Below are positions 1 through 9,441 of a stretch of DNA of 64,000 nt, piece after piece. This stretch comes from Phenylobacterium sp. Lineage in GTDB: Bacteria; Pseudomonadota; Alphaproteobacteria; Caulobacterales; Caulobacteraceae. Made by a program: the position numbers and the translations under genes. The notes under the pieces were generated by a model. That model worked only from the letters and a program-made list of their open reading frames with translations. It did no database searches and was not told where the DNA came from. Numbering within the stretch: the first letter of the stretch is position 1; each line of letters starts with the position of its first letter. The stretch covers positions 102,900 to 166,899 of the forward strand of contig NZ_JBKBSM010000001.1 in the NCBI RefSeq assembly GCF_046291545.1. Direction: 5' to 3'.

Positions 1-81
1 GCGCTCAGCCCCCGCCGGTGGCGGGAAGCTCGGGAGCGGCGCTGAAACCGAAGCGGAAGCGGGCACGAAGCGGCCTTTGCA

Positions 82-99
82 AAACTGTGATCACGGTTT
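82..99. promoter_or_regulatory. Near-perfect palindrome AAACTGTGATCACGGTTT, candidate GntR-family operator
   Basis: 18-bp inverted repeat with one mismatched pair, just 3' of the GntR gene; the target gene probably lies left of the window. Confidence 0.4.
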
Positions 100-117
100 C
101 TCACGGCCAAGGCGGAG

Positions 118-816
118 TCAAGCCACGCCGCTCGCCCGCCCCTCCTCTTCGACGGCGGCCCGCATGGCGTTCATGCCCACGGCGATGTCGGCGGCCATGG
201 CGGCGTGCGCGGCCTGGGCGTCGTGCGCGGCCAGGGCGTCCATCACGTCCACATGGTGGTCGCGGGTGAGGTTGACCGTGCCCAGCCGGTCGAACACCAC
301 GCGCATGAAGGGACCGACCTGCAGCCAAAGGCCGCCGGCCATGGCCAGCAGCACCTCGGCCCCGGCGGCCTGGTAGACGCCGAAATGGAACGCATGGTTG
401 GCCGCCATGTAGGCGTTGACGTCCCCATGCACGATGGCGGCGTTGAGGGCCTCGTCCGCCTGGCGCAGGCGCCCGATGAAGGCCGCGTCGGCGCACGGCG
501 CGGCGCGGGCGGCGAGTTCGGGCTCGATCCAGGCGCGGGCGACGGCGAGTTGTTCCAGGCGCTCGGCGGTGAGCGAAGGCGCGGACAGGCGCTTGTTGGC
601 CTGGTTGATCACCAGGGCGTGCTCGGCCACCAGCCGCCGCACGGCGTCGCGCACGGGCATCGGGCTCACCCCCAGCTCGGCCGCCAGGCTGCGCAGGGAG
701 ACCCCGCGGCCAGGGGGGATGCGGCCGGTGAGCAAGGCGTCGCGGATGGCGGCGTAGACCTGGTCGTGCACCGCATGGATGTCGGCGAGGGGGCGGCGCG
801 GCGCAGGCTTGGGCAA
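118..816 (-). CDS. GntR family (FCD domain) transcriptional regulator
   Basis: HTH 'SLRSLAAELGVSPMPVRDAVRRL' plus FCD 'ANHAFHF'; start moved to TTG 816 behind GAGGAAGGG. Confidence 0.88.
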   Translation of the reverse strand: MPKPAPRRPLADIHAVHDQVYAAIRDALLTGRIPPGRGVSLRSLAAELGVSPMPVRDAVRRLVAEHALVINQANKRLSAPSLTAERLEQLAVARAWIEPELAARAAPCADAAFIGRLRQADEALNAAIVHGDVNAYMAANHAFHFGVYQAAGAEVLLAMAGGLWLQVGPFMRVVFDRLGTVNLTRDHHVDVMDALAAHDAQAAHAAMAADIAVGMNAMRAAVEEEGRASGVA

Positions 817-1024
817 GATCGTCCCTTCCTCAGGACGGCGAAGCGGATGTGGGCGCAACCCTGCGTCAAAGACCGGCGCGACGCCAGAGACCGGCGGGCG
901 AGCGCTCACCCGTCCGGCGAGCGGGCGAAATGCGCCGCCGCGGGCCGGTCCGGCGAATTGGGACTTGAAAGGCTGCGGGCGGGCGGCGCAAGGAGCGGCC
1001 CGACGTCAGCATGGGAGCCTGCCG

Positions 1025-2473
1025 ATGACCTACGATTTCGCGCGCGACGGCGTGTTCATCGCTGGACGATGGCGGCCGTCCGGGTCCGGCGACACCCTGC
1101 CGATCGAGGACCCGTCGAGCGGCGAGACCCTGGGCGAGCTGGCCGCAGCCAGCGCCGCCGACGTGGACGAGGCGGTCGCCGCCGCCCGCGCGGCGAGCGA
1201 GGGCGACTGGGGCGCCATGCCAGCCTTCGAGCGCGGGCGGATTCTCAGCCGGATCGGCCAGGCGGTGCTGGCCGAGATGGACGCCCTGGCGGCGCTGGAG
1301 GCCACGGACGTGGGCAAGCCGCTGAGCCAGGCCCGCAACGACGTGGTCGCCCTGGCGCGGTACCTGGAGTTCTACGGCGGGGCGGCCGACAAGCTGCACG
1401 GCGAGACGATCCCGTTCCAGGCCGGCTACACCGTCTACACCCTGCGCGAGCCGCATGGGGTGACGGGGCACATCATCCCCTGGAACTATCCGATGCAGAT
1501 CATCGGCCGCTCGGTGGTGGCGGCCTTGGCCACCGGCAACGCGGCGGTGCTGAAACCGGCCGAGCAGGCGTCGCTGACCGCACTGAGCTTCGCGCGGATC
1601 GCCGCCGAGGCCGGACTGCCCGCCGGGGCGCTCAACGTGGTTCCCGGGACGGGGGCGGTGGCGGGCGCCATCCTCGCCGCGCATCCGGGGGTGGACCACA
1701 TCTCCTTCACCGGCTCGACGGCGGTGGGCCAGGCGATCCAGGCCGCGGCGGCCAGGAACGCCGTGCCGGTGACCCTGGAGCTGGGCGGCAAGTCGCCCCA
1801 GCTCGTGTTCGACGACGCGGACCTGGACAAGGCCCTGCCGTTCCTGGTCAACGCCGGGATCCAGAACGCCGGCCAGACCTGCTCGGCCGGCTCGCGCATC
1901 CTCGTGCAGCGCGGCGTCTACGACCAGGTGGTGGAGCGGATGGCCGCCCGCTACGGCGACCTGCGGGCCGGACCGGCGATGGCCGACCTGGAGGTCGGCC
2001 CGCTGATCAGCGCCAAGCAGCGGGTGATGGTGGAAAGCTATCTGGAGCTGGGCCGGCGCGAGCTGACCGTGGCGGGCGAAGGCAAGATCGCGGCCGAAGC
2101 GCCGGCGGGGGGCCATTATGTCGCCCCGACCCTGTTCGCCGACGTGCGCGGCGACCACGCCCTGGCGCAGGAAGAGATCTTCGGCCCGGCCCAGGTGGTG
2201 ATCCCGTTCGACGACGACGCCCAGGCCGTCGCCATCGCCAACGGCACGCCCTATGGGCTGGTGGCCGGGATCTGGACCGCCGACGGCGGACGGCAGATGC
2301 GCCTCGCCAAGCGGCTTCGCGCAGGCCAGGTGTTCATCAACAACTACGGCGCGGCCGGCGGGGTGGAGCTGCCCTTCGGCGGCGTCGGCCGCTCGGGCCA
2401 CGGGCGGGAGAAGGGGTTCGAAGCGCTCTACGCCTTCACGACCCTGAAGACGGTGGCGGCGCATCATGGGTGA
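1025..2473 (+). CDS. NAD(P)-dependent aldehyde dehydrogenase
   Basis: IIPWNYP, FTGS, LELGGKSP (catalytic Glu), GQTCSAG (catalytic Cys), EEIFGP; ATG 1025 after GGGAG. Confidence 0.95.
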   Translation: MTYDFARDGVFIAGRWRPSGSGDTLPIEDPSSGETLGELAAASAADVDEAVAAARAASEGDWGAMPAFERGRILSRIGQAVLAEMDALAALEATDVGKPLSQARNDVVALARYLEFYGGAADKLHGETIPFQAGYTVYTLREPHGVTGHIIPWNYPMQIIGRSVVAALATGNAAVLKPAEQASLTALSFARIAAEAGLPAGALNVVPGTGAVAGAILAAHPGVDHISFTGSTAVGQAIQAAAARNAVPVTLELGGKSPQLVFDDADLDKALPFLVNAGIQNAGQTCSAGSRILVQRGVYDQVVERMAARYGDLRAGPAMADLEVGPLISAKQRVMVESYLELGRRELTVAGEGKIAAEAPAGGHYVAPTLFADVRGDHALAQEEIFGPAQVVIPFDDDAQAVAIANGTPYGLVAGIWTADGGRQMRLAKRLRAGQVFINNYGAAGGVELPFGGVGRSGHGREKGFEALYAFTTLKTVAAHHG

Positions 2474-3230
2474 GGCGAAGGGCATGCGGCTGACAGGCAG
2501 GACGGCGATCGTGACGGGCGGAGCCTCGGGCTTCGGCGAAGGCATCGTGCGCAGGTTCGTCGAGGAGGGCGCGCGGGTGGCGATCGTCGACCTCAACGTT
2601 TCGGCGGCGCAGGCGCTGGCGGGCGAACTGGGCGACGCCGCCATCGCGGTGGGCGCGGACGTGTCCAAGGACGCGGACGTGGCGCGGCTGGCCGCCGAGG
2701 CGGTGCAGAAGCTGGGGCCGGTGGAGATCCTGGTGAACAACGCCGGCGTCGGGCACACGCCGCAGCCGCTGGAGACCCTGTCGGACGCCGACTTCGACCG
2801 GATCTGGGCGGTCAACGTGAAGTCGGTCTACCTGACGGCGCGGCACATCGTGCCGGCGATGAAGGCGGCCAGGCGCGGAGCGATCCTGAACGTCGCCTCG
2901 ACCGGCGGGGTCAGTCCGCGGCCAAACCTGACCTGGTACAACGCCTCCAAGGGCTGGATGATCACCGCCACCCGGGCGATGGCGGTGGAGCTGGCCCCCT
3001 TCGGCGTGCGGGTGAACGCGATCAATCCGGTCGCCGGGGAGACCCCGCTCCTCAAGACCTTCATGGGCGAGGACACCCCCGAGGTGCGGGCCAGGTTCCT
3101 GGCGTCGATCCCGCTGGGGCGGTTCTCGACGCCGGCGGACATGGGCGCGGCCGCGGCGTTCCTGTGCTCGGACGACGCTTCGATGGTGACGGGCGTGGCG
3201 ATGGAGGTCGACGGTGGCCGCTGCATCTGA
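2466..3230 (+). CDS. Short-chain dehydrogenase/reductase (FabG-like)
   Basis: [17 protein letters not shown]; overlaps the ALDH stop. Confidence 0.93.
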   Translation: MGEAKGMRLTGRTAIVTGGASGFGEGIVRRFVEEGARVAIVDLNVSAAQALAGELGDAAIAVGADVSKDADVARLAAEAVQKLGPVEILVNNAGVGHTPQPLETLSDADFDRIWAVNVKSVYLTARHIVPAMKAARRGAILNVASTGGVSPRPNLTWYNASKGWMITATRAMAVELAPFGVRVNAINPVAGETPLLKTFMGEDTPEVRARFLASIPLGRFSTPADMGAAAAFLCSDDASMVTGVAMEVDGGRCI

Positions 3231-4326
3231 GCCCTTCCGCCTGCTGGTCCTGCCCGGGGACGGCATCGGCCCGGAGGTGATCGGTCAGACCCTGCGGGTC
3301 GTCGACTGGTTCGGCCGATTCCTCGGGCGGCCCTTTGCGATCAGCCAGGACCTGGTCGGCGGGGCCTGCCTCGACACGCACGGCGTTCCGGTGACGGACG
3401 CGGTGGTGGAGACCGCGCTCAGCGCCGATGCGGTGCTGTTCGGGGCGGTCGGCGGGGAGAAGTGGGACAGTCAGCCCATCCACCTGCGCCCGGAGGCCGG
3501 GCTGCTGCGGCTGCGCAAGGACCTGGACCTCTTCGCCAACCTGCGCCCGGCGATCTGCTATCCGGAGTTGGCCAGCGCCTCGGCGCTGCGGCCGGAACTG
3601 GTCGAGGGGCTCGATATATTGATCATCCGCGAGCTGACCGCCGGGGTCTACTTCGGCGAGCCGCGGGGCGTGGAGACCCTGGCGAACGGCGTGCGCCGGG
3701 CCTTCGACACCCAGGCCTACACCTCCGAGGAGGTGGAGCGGGTGGTGCGGGCGGGGTTCGACATCGCCCGCGGCCGCAACAGGCGCGTGTGCTCGGTGGA
3801 CAAGGCCAACGTGATGCAGACGGGCGCCTTCTGGCGCGAGATCGCCACCGCCGTCGGCCGCGACTATCCCGACGTGGAGCTGACCCACATGTACGCGGAC
3901 AACTGCGCCATGCAGCTGATGCGCCGGCCCAAGCAGTTCGACGTGGTGGTGACCGACAACCTGTTCGGCGACATCCTCTCGGACGCGGCGGCCATGCTGA
4001 CCGGATCGCTCGGCCTCCTGCCCTCGGCCTCGCTGGGAGCGGCGGGCCCGGACGGCGTCCGCAAGGCGCTCTACGAACCGGTGCACGGCTCGGCGCCGGA
4101 CATCGCCGGGCGGGGGCTGGCCAATCCGCTGGCGACGATCCTGTCGTTCGGCATGTGCCTGCGCCACTCGATGCGCGCGCCCGAGGCGGCCGATCGCCTT
4201 GAAGCCGCCGTGCGCCGCGTCCTGGCCCGGGGCGTTCGCACCGCCGACATCGCCCGTCCCGGCGAGGCGGGGGTGTCGACGACGCAGATGACCGACGCCG
4301 TGCTGGCGGAGTTGGATGCGATGTAG
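3214..4326 (+). CDS. leuB: 3-isopropylmalate dehydrogenase (beta-decarboxylating dehydrogenase)
   Basis: [53 protein letters not shown]. Confidence 0.85.
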   Translation: MAAASEPFRLLVLPGDGIGPEVIGQTLRVVDWFGRFLGRPFAISQDLVGGACLDTHGVPVTDAVVETALSADAVLFGAVGGEKWDSQPIHLRPEAGLLRLRKDLDLFANLRPAICYPELASASALRPELVEGLDILIIRELTAGVYFGEPRGVETLANGVRRAFDTQAYTSEEVERVVRAGFDIARGRNRRVCSVDKANVMQTGAFWREIATAVGRDYPDVELTHMYADNCAMQLMRRPKQFDVVVTDNLFGDILSDAAAMLTGSLGLLPSASLGAAGPDGVRKALYEPVHGSAPDIAGRGLANPLATILSFGMCLRHSMRAPEAADRLEAAVRRVLARGVRTADIARPGEAGVSTTQMTDAVLAELDAM

Positions 4327-4327
4327 C

Positions 4328-4345
4328 TGCTCAATCGGTTGAGCA
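4328..4345. promoter_or_regulatory. Perfect palindrome TGCTCAATCGGTTGAGCA, candidate XRE-cupin operator (site 1)
   Basis: 7-4-7 perfect inverted repeat upstream of the hydrolase-aminotransferase-ABC operon; related copies at 18185 and 18798. Confidence 0.7.
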
Positions 4346-4418
4346 CTAAACCCGGTTGGGCGCCGCGGGACGCGGGACTAGACTTGCGCGCTTGGGGACG
4401 CATTCGGCGGAGGGGGCC

Positions 4419-5423
4419 GTGCTGGCGAAGATCGGAATGGGGGTCTTGATCTTCATCGCGGCGCTCGCCGCCCTGGCGGGGCTGGCTTTCGCTGGGCTCT
4501 ACCGGCCAGACATCCCCTATGAGAAGCTTGAGGCCAAGTACGCCCGGCCGACCTCCCATTTCGCCGACCTGCCCGGCGGGGTGCGCATGCACTACCGCGA
4601 CGACGGTCCGCGCGACGCGCCGGTGGTCATGCTGGTGCACGGCTACGGGGACAGCTTCCTGACCTGGGAGCCCTTCATCGAGCGGCTGTCGCCGAATTTC
4701 CGGGTGATCACCATCGACCTGGCGGGCCACGGCCTGACCCGGGCGCCGGCGGGCTATGCGCCGGACATGGACCGCTTCGCCGAGCAGGTGGACGCCCTGG
4801 CTGCCAAGCTCGACCTGCCTCCCTTCGCCATCGTCGGCAACTCCATGGGGGGAGGCGTGGCCTGGCAGACGGCGGTCAGGTTCCCCGAGCGGGTGAAGGC
4901 GCTGGTGCTGGTGGACGCGGCCGGCTGGCCGGCGGACCCGAACAAGCCGGTCCCGGCCGCCTTCAAGATCCTGCAGAGCGACCTAGGCCGCTTCCTGCTG
5001 CAGCGGATCGAGACCCGGCCGCTGACGGCCCAGGGGCTGAAGATGGACGTGGTCGACGATTCCCTGATCACCCCGGCCTTCGTCGACCGCTGGGTCGAGG
5101 TGCAGCGCGCGCCTGGCCACCGGGCCATCCTGATGGGCGTGCGCCCGGGGCGGCACACCGTCGCCAGCGAAGCGGCGCTGGGCCAGATCAAGGCGCCCAC
5201 CCTGGTGCTGCATGGCGAGCAGGACGTGATCATCGATCCCGCGGACGGCCGCAAGTTCGCCGCCGCCATCCCCGGCGCGGCGCTGATCACCTATCCCAAC
5301 GCCGGCCACCTGCCGCAGTATGAAATCCCCGATCGCTCGGCCGCCGACGTGACGGCCTTCCTCCTGGCGCTGCAGGCCCCGCCCGCCGCGCCCGCCCCGC
5401 AACCCGCCAGGGACCCGGCATGA
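4419..5423 (+). CDS. Membrane-anchored alpha/beta-fold hydrolase
   Basis: N-terminal hydrophobic helix, HGYG, GNSMGG nucleophile elbow, GEQD acid, GH base; GTG 4419 after GGAGGGG (ATG 4437 is an alternative). Confidence 0.88.
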   Translation: MLAKIGMGVLIFIAALAALAGLAFAGLYRPDIPYEKLEAKYARPTSHFADLPGGVRMHYRDDGPRDAPVVMLVHGYGDSFLTWEPFIERLSPNFRVITIDLAGHGLTRAPAGYAPDMDRFAEQVDALAAKLDLPPFAIVGNSMGGGVAWQTAVRFPERVKALVLVDAAGWPADPNKPVPAAFKILQSDLGRFLLQRIETRPLTAQGLKMDVVDDSLITPAFVDRWVEVQRAPGHRAILMGVRPGRHTVASEAALGQIKAPTLVLHGEQDVIIDPADGRKFAAAIPGAALITYPNAGHLPQYEIPDRSAADVTAFLLALQAPPAAPAPQPARDPA

Positions 5424-6748
5424 CCACCCACTTCAAGCCCGCCGCCAATTCGCTGGACGCCTATTGGATGCCGTTCACGCCGAACCGGCGGTTCAAGGCC
5501 GATCCCCGGTTCGTCGAACGCGCCGAGGGCATGCACTACTTCACCCCCGACGGGCGGCGGATCCTGGACGCCACCTCGGGCCTTTGGTGCGTGAACGCCG
5601 GCCACAACCGCCCGCGGATCGTCGAGGCGATCCAGAAGCAGGCGGCCGAGATGGGCTACGCCACCACCTTCAACATGGGCCACCCCAAGGCCTTCGAGTT
5701 CGCCAACCGCCTGGCGGCCCTGGCGCCCGGCGACCTGAACCACGTGTTCTTCACCAACTCCGGCTCCGAGGCGGTCGACACGGCGCTGAAGATCGCCGTC
5801 GCCTACCAGCGCAGCCGCGGCAAGGGGACCAAGACCCGGCTGATCGGCCGCGAGCGCGGCTATCACGGCGTCGGCTTCGGCGGCATCTCGGTGGGCGGCA
5901 TCGTCAAGAACCGCATGTACTTCGGCTCGCTGCTGACCGGGGTGGACCATCTGCCGCACACCCACGACCTGGCGCGCAACGCCTTCTCCCGCGGGCAGCC
6001 CGAGCACGGCGCCGAGCTGGCCGACGAGCTGGAGCGGATCGTCACCCTGCACGACGCCTCCAACATCGCCGCGGTGATCGTCGAGCCGGTGGCCGGCTCG
6101 ACCGGGGTCCTGGTCCCGCCCAAGGGCTATCTGCAGCGCCTGCGGGCGATCTGCGACAAGCACGACATCCTCCTCATCTTCGACGAGGTGATCACCGGCT
6201 TCGGGCGGCTGGGCGCCTCGTTCGCGGCCGAGTACTTCGGCGTGCAGCCGGACATGATCACCATGGCCAAGGGCATCACCAACGCGGCGGTGCCGATGGG
6301 CGCGGTGGCCGTGCGGCCGCACATCTACGAGACCATGCTCGACAACGCCGACGCGCCGATCGAGCTGTTCCACGGCTACACCTATTCGGGCCACCCCTTG
6401 GCCTGCGCGGCCGGGCTGGCGACCCTGGACACCTATCGCGATGAAGACCTGTTCGGCCGCGCCGCGCGCCTGGCGCCGATGTGGGAGGAGGCCCTGCACG
6501 GCCTGGCCGACGCCCGCCACGTGATCGACATCCGCAACCTCGGCCTGATCGGCGGAATCGAGCTGGCGCCGCGTCCCGGCGCGCCGGGGGAACGGGCGAT
6601 GGAGGCGTTCCGCGCCAGCTTCGACCGGGGCCTGCTGGTGCGCGTGACCGGCGACATCATCGCCCTGTCGCCCTCGCTGATCATCGAGGAAGCCCAGATC
6701 GGCGAGATCATGGACACCCTGCGCCAGACCCTGGCCGAGATCGCGTGA
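5420..6748 (+). CDS. Class III omega-amino acid:pyruvate aminotransferase
   Basis: YWMPFT, SGLWCVNAGH, SGSEA, GYHG, FDEVITGFGRLG, AKGITN (PLP Lys), HGYTYSGHP. Confidence 0.93.
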   Translation: MTTHFKPAANSLDAYWMPFTPNRRFKADPRFVERAEGMHYFTPDGRRILDATSGLWCVNAGHNRPRIVEAIQKQAAEMGYATTFNMGHPKAFEFANRLAALAPGDLNHVFFTNSGSEAVDTALKIAVAYQRSRGKGTKTRLIGRERGYHGVGFGGISVGGIVKNRMYFGSLLTGVDHLPHTHDLARNAFSRGQPEHGAELADELERIVTLHDASNIAAVIVEPVAGSTGVLVPPKGYLQRLRAICDKHDILLIFDEVITGFGRLGASFAAEYFGVQPDMITMAKGITNAAVPMGAVAVRPHIYETMLDNADAPIELFHGYTYSGHPLACAAGLATLDTYRDEDLFGRAARLAPMWEEALHGLADARHVIDIRNLGLIGGIELAPRPGAPGERAMEAFRASFDRGLLVRVTGDIIALSPSLIIEEAQIGEIMDTLRQTLAEIA

Positions 6749-8148
6749 GCCCCGCCGCCGGCCATAGGACGAGCGGTCCGGCGGACTATCTCGGCAGCCC
6801 GGTGAGCCCGTGCGAGCCGGCGACGCTGGCGGCCGTCGACGACTTCGTCGGCGGCTTCCTCACCTATGAGCCGCGCGCCCTGGCGGTGCTGAAAGCCGCG
6901 GACGCCGACGCCGAGAGCGCCCTGGCCAACGCCTACGCCGGCGTGCTGCACATGCTGGGCGAGCACATGGCCGCGCCAGCCAAGGCCGCGGCCTACCTGG
7001 GCCGCGCAGAGGCGGCGCCCATGGCCAACGAACGCGAGCGGGGGATCATCGCCTTCCTGCGCGCCTGGATCGCCGACGACATCGACGCGGCCCTGGCGAT
7101 CGCCGACGAGGTGGTGGAGGCCTTTCCCACCGATCTGGCGATGGTCAAGCTCAGCCAGTACCTGAACCTGAACCGCGGCGACTTCCCGGCCATGCTGCGC
7201 ATCACCGACGCGGCGCTGGCGGCCAACTTCGCCGTGCCGCAGCTGCACGGCATGCGGGCCTTCGCCTATGAGCAGTGCCACCTCCTGGCCGACGCGGAAG
7301 CCGCCGCGCGCCAGGCGCTGCACATGCACATCCGCGAGCCCTGGGCGCAGCACGCCCTGGCCCACGTGATGCTGACCCAGGGGCGGATCTCCGAAGGCGG
7401 CGAGTTCATGGACGCGGCCTCGGAGACCTGGGCGGGCCTGAACTCGTTCATGTACACCCACAACTGGTGGCACCTGGCGCTGTTCCACCTGAGCCAGGGC
7501 CGCGGCGAAAGGGTGCTGGAGATCTACGACCGGCACTGCTGGACCCAGGACCGCACCTATTCCCAGGACCAGATCGGCGCAGTGTCGCTGCTCGCCCGCC
7601 TGGAGTTCGCCGGGCTGGAGGTGGGCGAGCGCTGGGCCGGCGTGGCCGAGCACCTAGTGGAGCGGGCCGAGGACGTGGTGCAGCCGTTCCTATCGCTGCA
7701 GTACCTGCTGGGCCTTGCCCGCGCCGGCCGGCCGGAGGCCGAGACGCTGATGGCGGCGATCGAGCGGCGCGTGCACGAGGCGCCGGCGCACAGCCGCCGC
7801 GCCTGGGCCGAGGCGGCCCTGCCGGCCGCCCAGGCGATAATGGCCCTGGAGCGGGGGCGGCCCGGCGCGGCGGTGGAGCGGATGGGCGCGGCCCTGCCCC
7901 GGCTGGTGGAGGTGGGCGGCAGCCATGCGCAGCGCGACCTCTTCGAACAGATCTTCCTGGAAGCCCTGCTGCGGGACGGGCGGCTGTCGCGGGCCCAGCA
8001 GGTGCTGGAGCTGCGCCGCGCCTTCGACCCGGACGGCGTTCCCCTCAACCTGGCCCTGGCGCGGGTCTACGACTCCCTCGGGTTGCCGGAACTGGCGGCC
8101 CGCGCCGCCTCCCGCGCCCTGCGTACCCAAGAAAGGCATGCGTGCTGA
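6745..8148 (+). CDS. TTC38-like tetratricopeptide-repeat protein
   Basis: Helical repeats with 'WAQHALAHV', 'HNWWHLALF' and 'GGSHAQRDLFEQ', recalled as typical of the TTC38 family; overlaps both neighbouring genes. Confidence 0.78.
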   Translation: MSPAAGHRTSGPADYLGSPVSPCEPATLAAVDDFVGGFLTYEPRALAVLKAADADAESALANAYAGVLHMLGEHMAAPAKAAAYLGRAEAAPMANERERGIIAFLRAWIADDIDAALAIADEVVEAFPTDLAMVKLSQYLNLNRGDFPAMLRITDAALAANFAVPQLHGMRAFAYEQCHLLADAEAAARQALHMHIREPWAQHALAHVMLTQGRISEGGEFMDAASETWAGLNSFMYTHNWWHLALFHLSQGRGERVLEIYDRHCWTQDRTYSQDQIGAVSLLARLEFAGLEVGERWAGVAEHLVERAEDVVQPFLSLQYLLGLARAGRPEAETLMAAIERRVHEAPAHSRRAWAEAALPAAQAIMALERGRPGAAVERMGAALPRLVEVGGSHAQRDLFEQIFLEALLRDGRLSRAQQVLELRRAFDPDGVPLNLALARVYDSLGLPELAARAASRALRTQERHAC

Positions 8149-9434
8149 TGCCCCATCCCCGTGAAGACGCCCTGCTCCGCGAGATCGAGGCACGGCGCGA
8201 CGACCTGGTGGCCCTGACCCAGGACCTGATCCGGTTTCCGACGATCAATCCGCCGGGGGACGCCTATCGCCCGTGCGCCGAATACCTGGGCGAGCGGCTG
8301 AAGAAGCGCGGCTTCGCCGTGGAGTACGTGCGGGCGGAAGGCTCGCCGGGGGACTGCGAGGCCTATCCCCGGATCAACGTCATCGCTCGCTGGGAGAGCG
8401 GCCGGCCGGGGCCGTGCGTGCACTTCAACAGCCATATCGACGTGGTATCGGTGGGCGAGGGCTGGACGGTGGACCCCTTCGGCGGGGTGGTGAAGGACGG
8501 CAAGGTCTACGGCCGTGGCGCCTGCGACATGAAGGGGGGTCTGGCCGCCTCGGTGATCGCGGTGGAGGCGCTGATCGATTCCGGCGTCGAGCTGCCGGGC
8601 GCGCTGGAGATTTCGGGCACGGCCGACGAGGAGAGCGGCGGCTACGGCGGGGTCGCGTACCTGGCCGAACGCGGCTGGTTCTCCAAGCCCCGCGTGGATC
8701 ACGTCATCATCCCCGAGCCGCTGAACGTGGACCGGGTGTGCATCGGCCACCGCGGCGTCTGGTGGTCGGAGATCACCACCGAAGGCCACATCGCCCACGG
8801 CTCGATGCCGTTCCTGGGGGACAACGCCGTGCGCCACATGGGCGCGGTGATCGCGGAGCTGGAGCGGCGGATCTTCCCGACCCTGAGCGCGCACCAGACC
8901 TCGATGCCGGTGGTGCCGGAAGGCGCGCGCACGCCGACGCTGAACATCAACTCCATCCACGGCGGGGAGCCGGACGTCACCGGCTCGGGCCTGCCCGCGC
9001 CGGTGGTCCCGGACAGCTGCCGGATCGTGCTGGATCGCCGGCTGCTGATTGAGGAGGACCTCGACGAAGTGAAGGCGCAGATGCGCTCGGTGCTCGACGG
9101 CCTCACCCAGACCCGGCCGAACTTCCGCTACCGGATGCGCGACCTGTTCGAGGTGCGTCCCTCGATGACCGAGCCGGACCGGCCGGTGGTGCGCATGACC
9201 TGCGAGGCCATCGAGCAGGTGCTGGGCAAGCCCGCCGACATCTGTTGCTCGCCAGGCACCTACGACCAGAAGCACATCGACCGCATCGGCAAGCTGCGGG
9301 ACTGCATCGCCTATGGCCCCGGAATCCTGGACCTGGCGCACCAGCCGGACGAGTACGTCGGCATCGACGACATGGTGAACTCGGCCAAGGTGATGGCCCT
9401 GTCGGCCTATGCCCTGCTGACCGGCCAGGCGTGA
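8148..9434 (+). CDS. M20 (ArgE/DapE-family) deacylase/amidohydrolase
   Basis: NSHIDVV, GRGACDMKGG, DEESGG, PEP, HGSMP, AHQPDEYV. Confidence 0.92.
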   Translation: MPHPREDALLREIEARRDDLVALTQDLIRFPTINPPGDAYRPCAEYLGERLKKRGFAVEYVRAEGSPGDCEAYPRINVIARWESGRPGPCVHFNSHIDVVSVGEGWTVDPFGGVVKDGKVYGRGACDMKGGLAASVIAVEALIDSGVELPGALEISGTADEESGGYGGVAYLAERGWFSKPRVDHVIIPEPLNVDRVCIGHRGVWWSEITTEGHIAHGSMPFLGDNAVRHMGAVIAELERRIFPTLSAHQTSMPVVPEGARTPTLNINSIHGGEPDVTGSGLPAPVVPDSCRIVLDRRLLIEEDLDEVKAQMRSVLDGLTQTRPNFRYRMRDLFEVRPSMTEPDRPVVRMTCEAIEQVLGKPADICCSPGTYDQKHIDRIGKLRDCIAYGPGILDLAHQPDEYVGIDDMVNSAKVMALSAYALLTGQA

Positions 9435-9441
9435 GCCGCCG

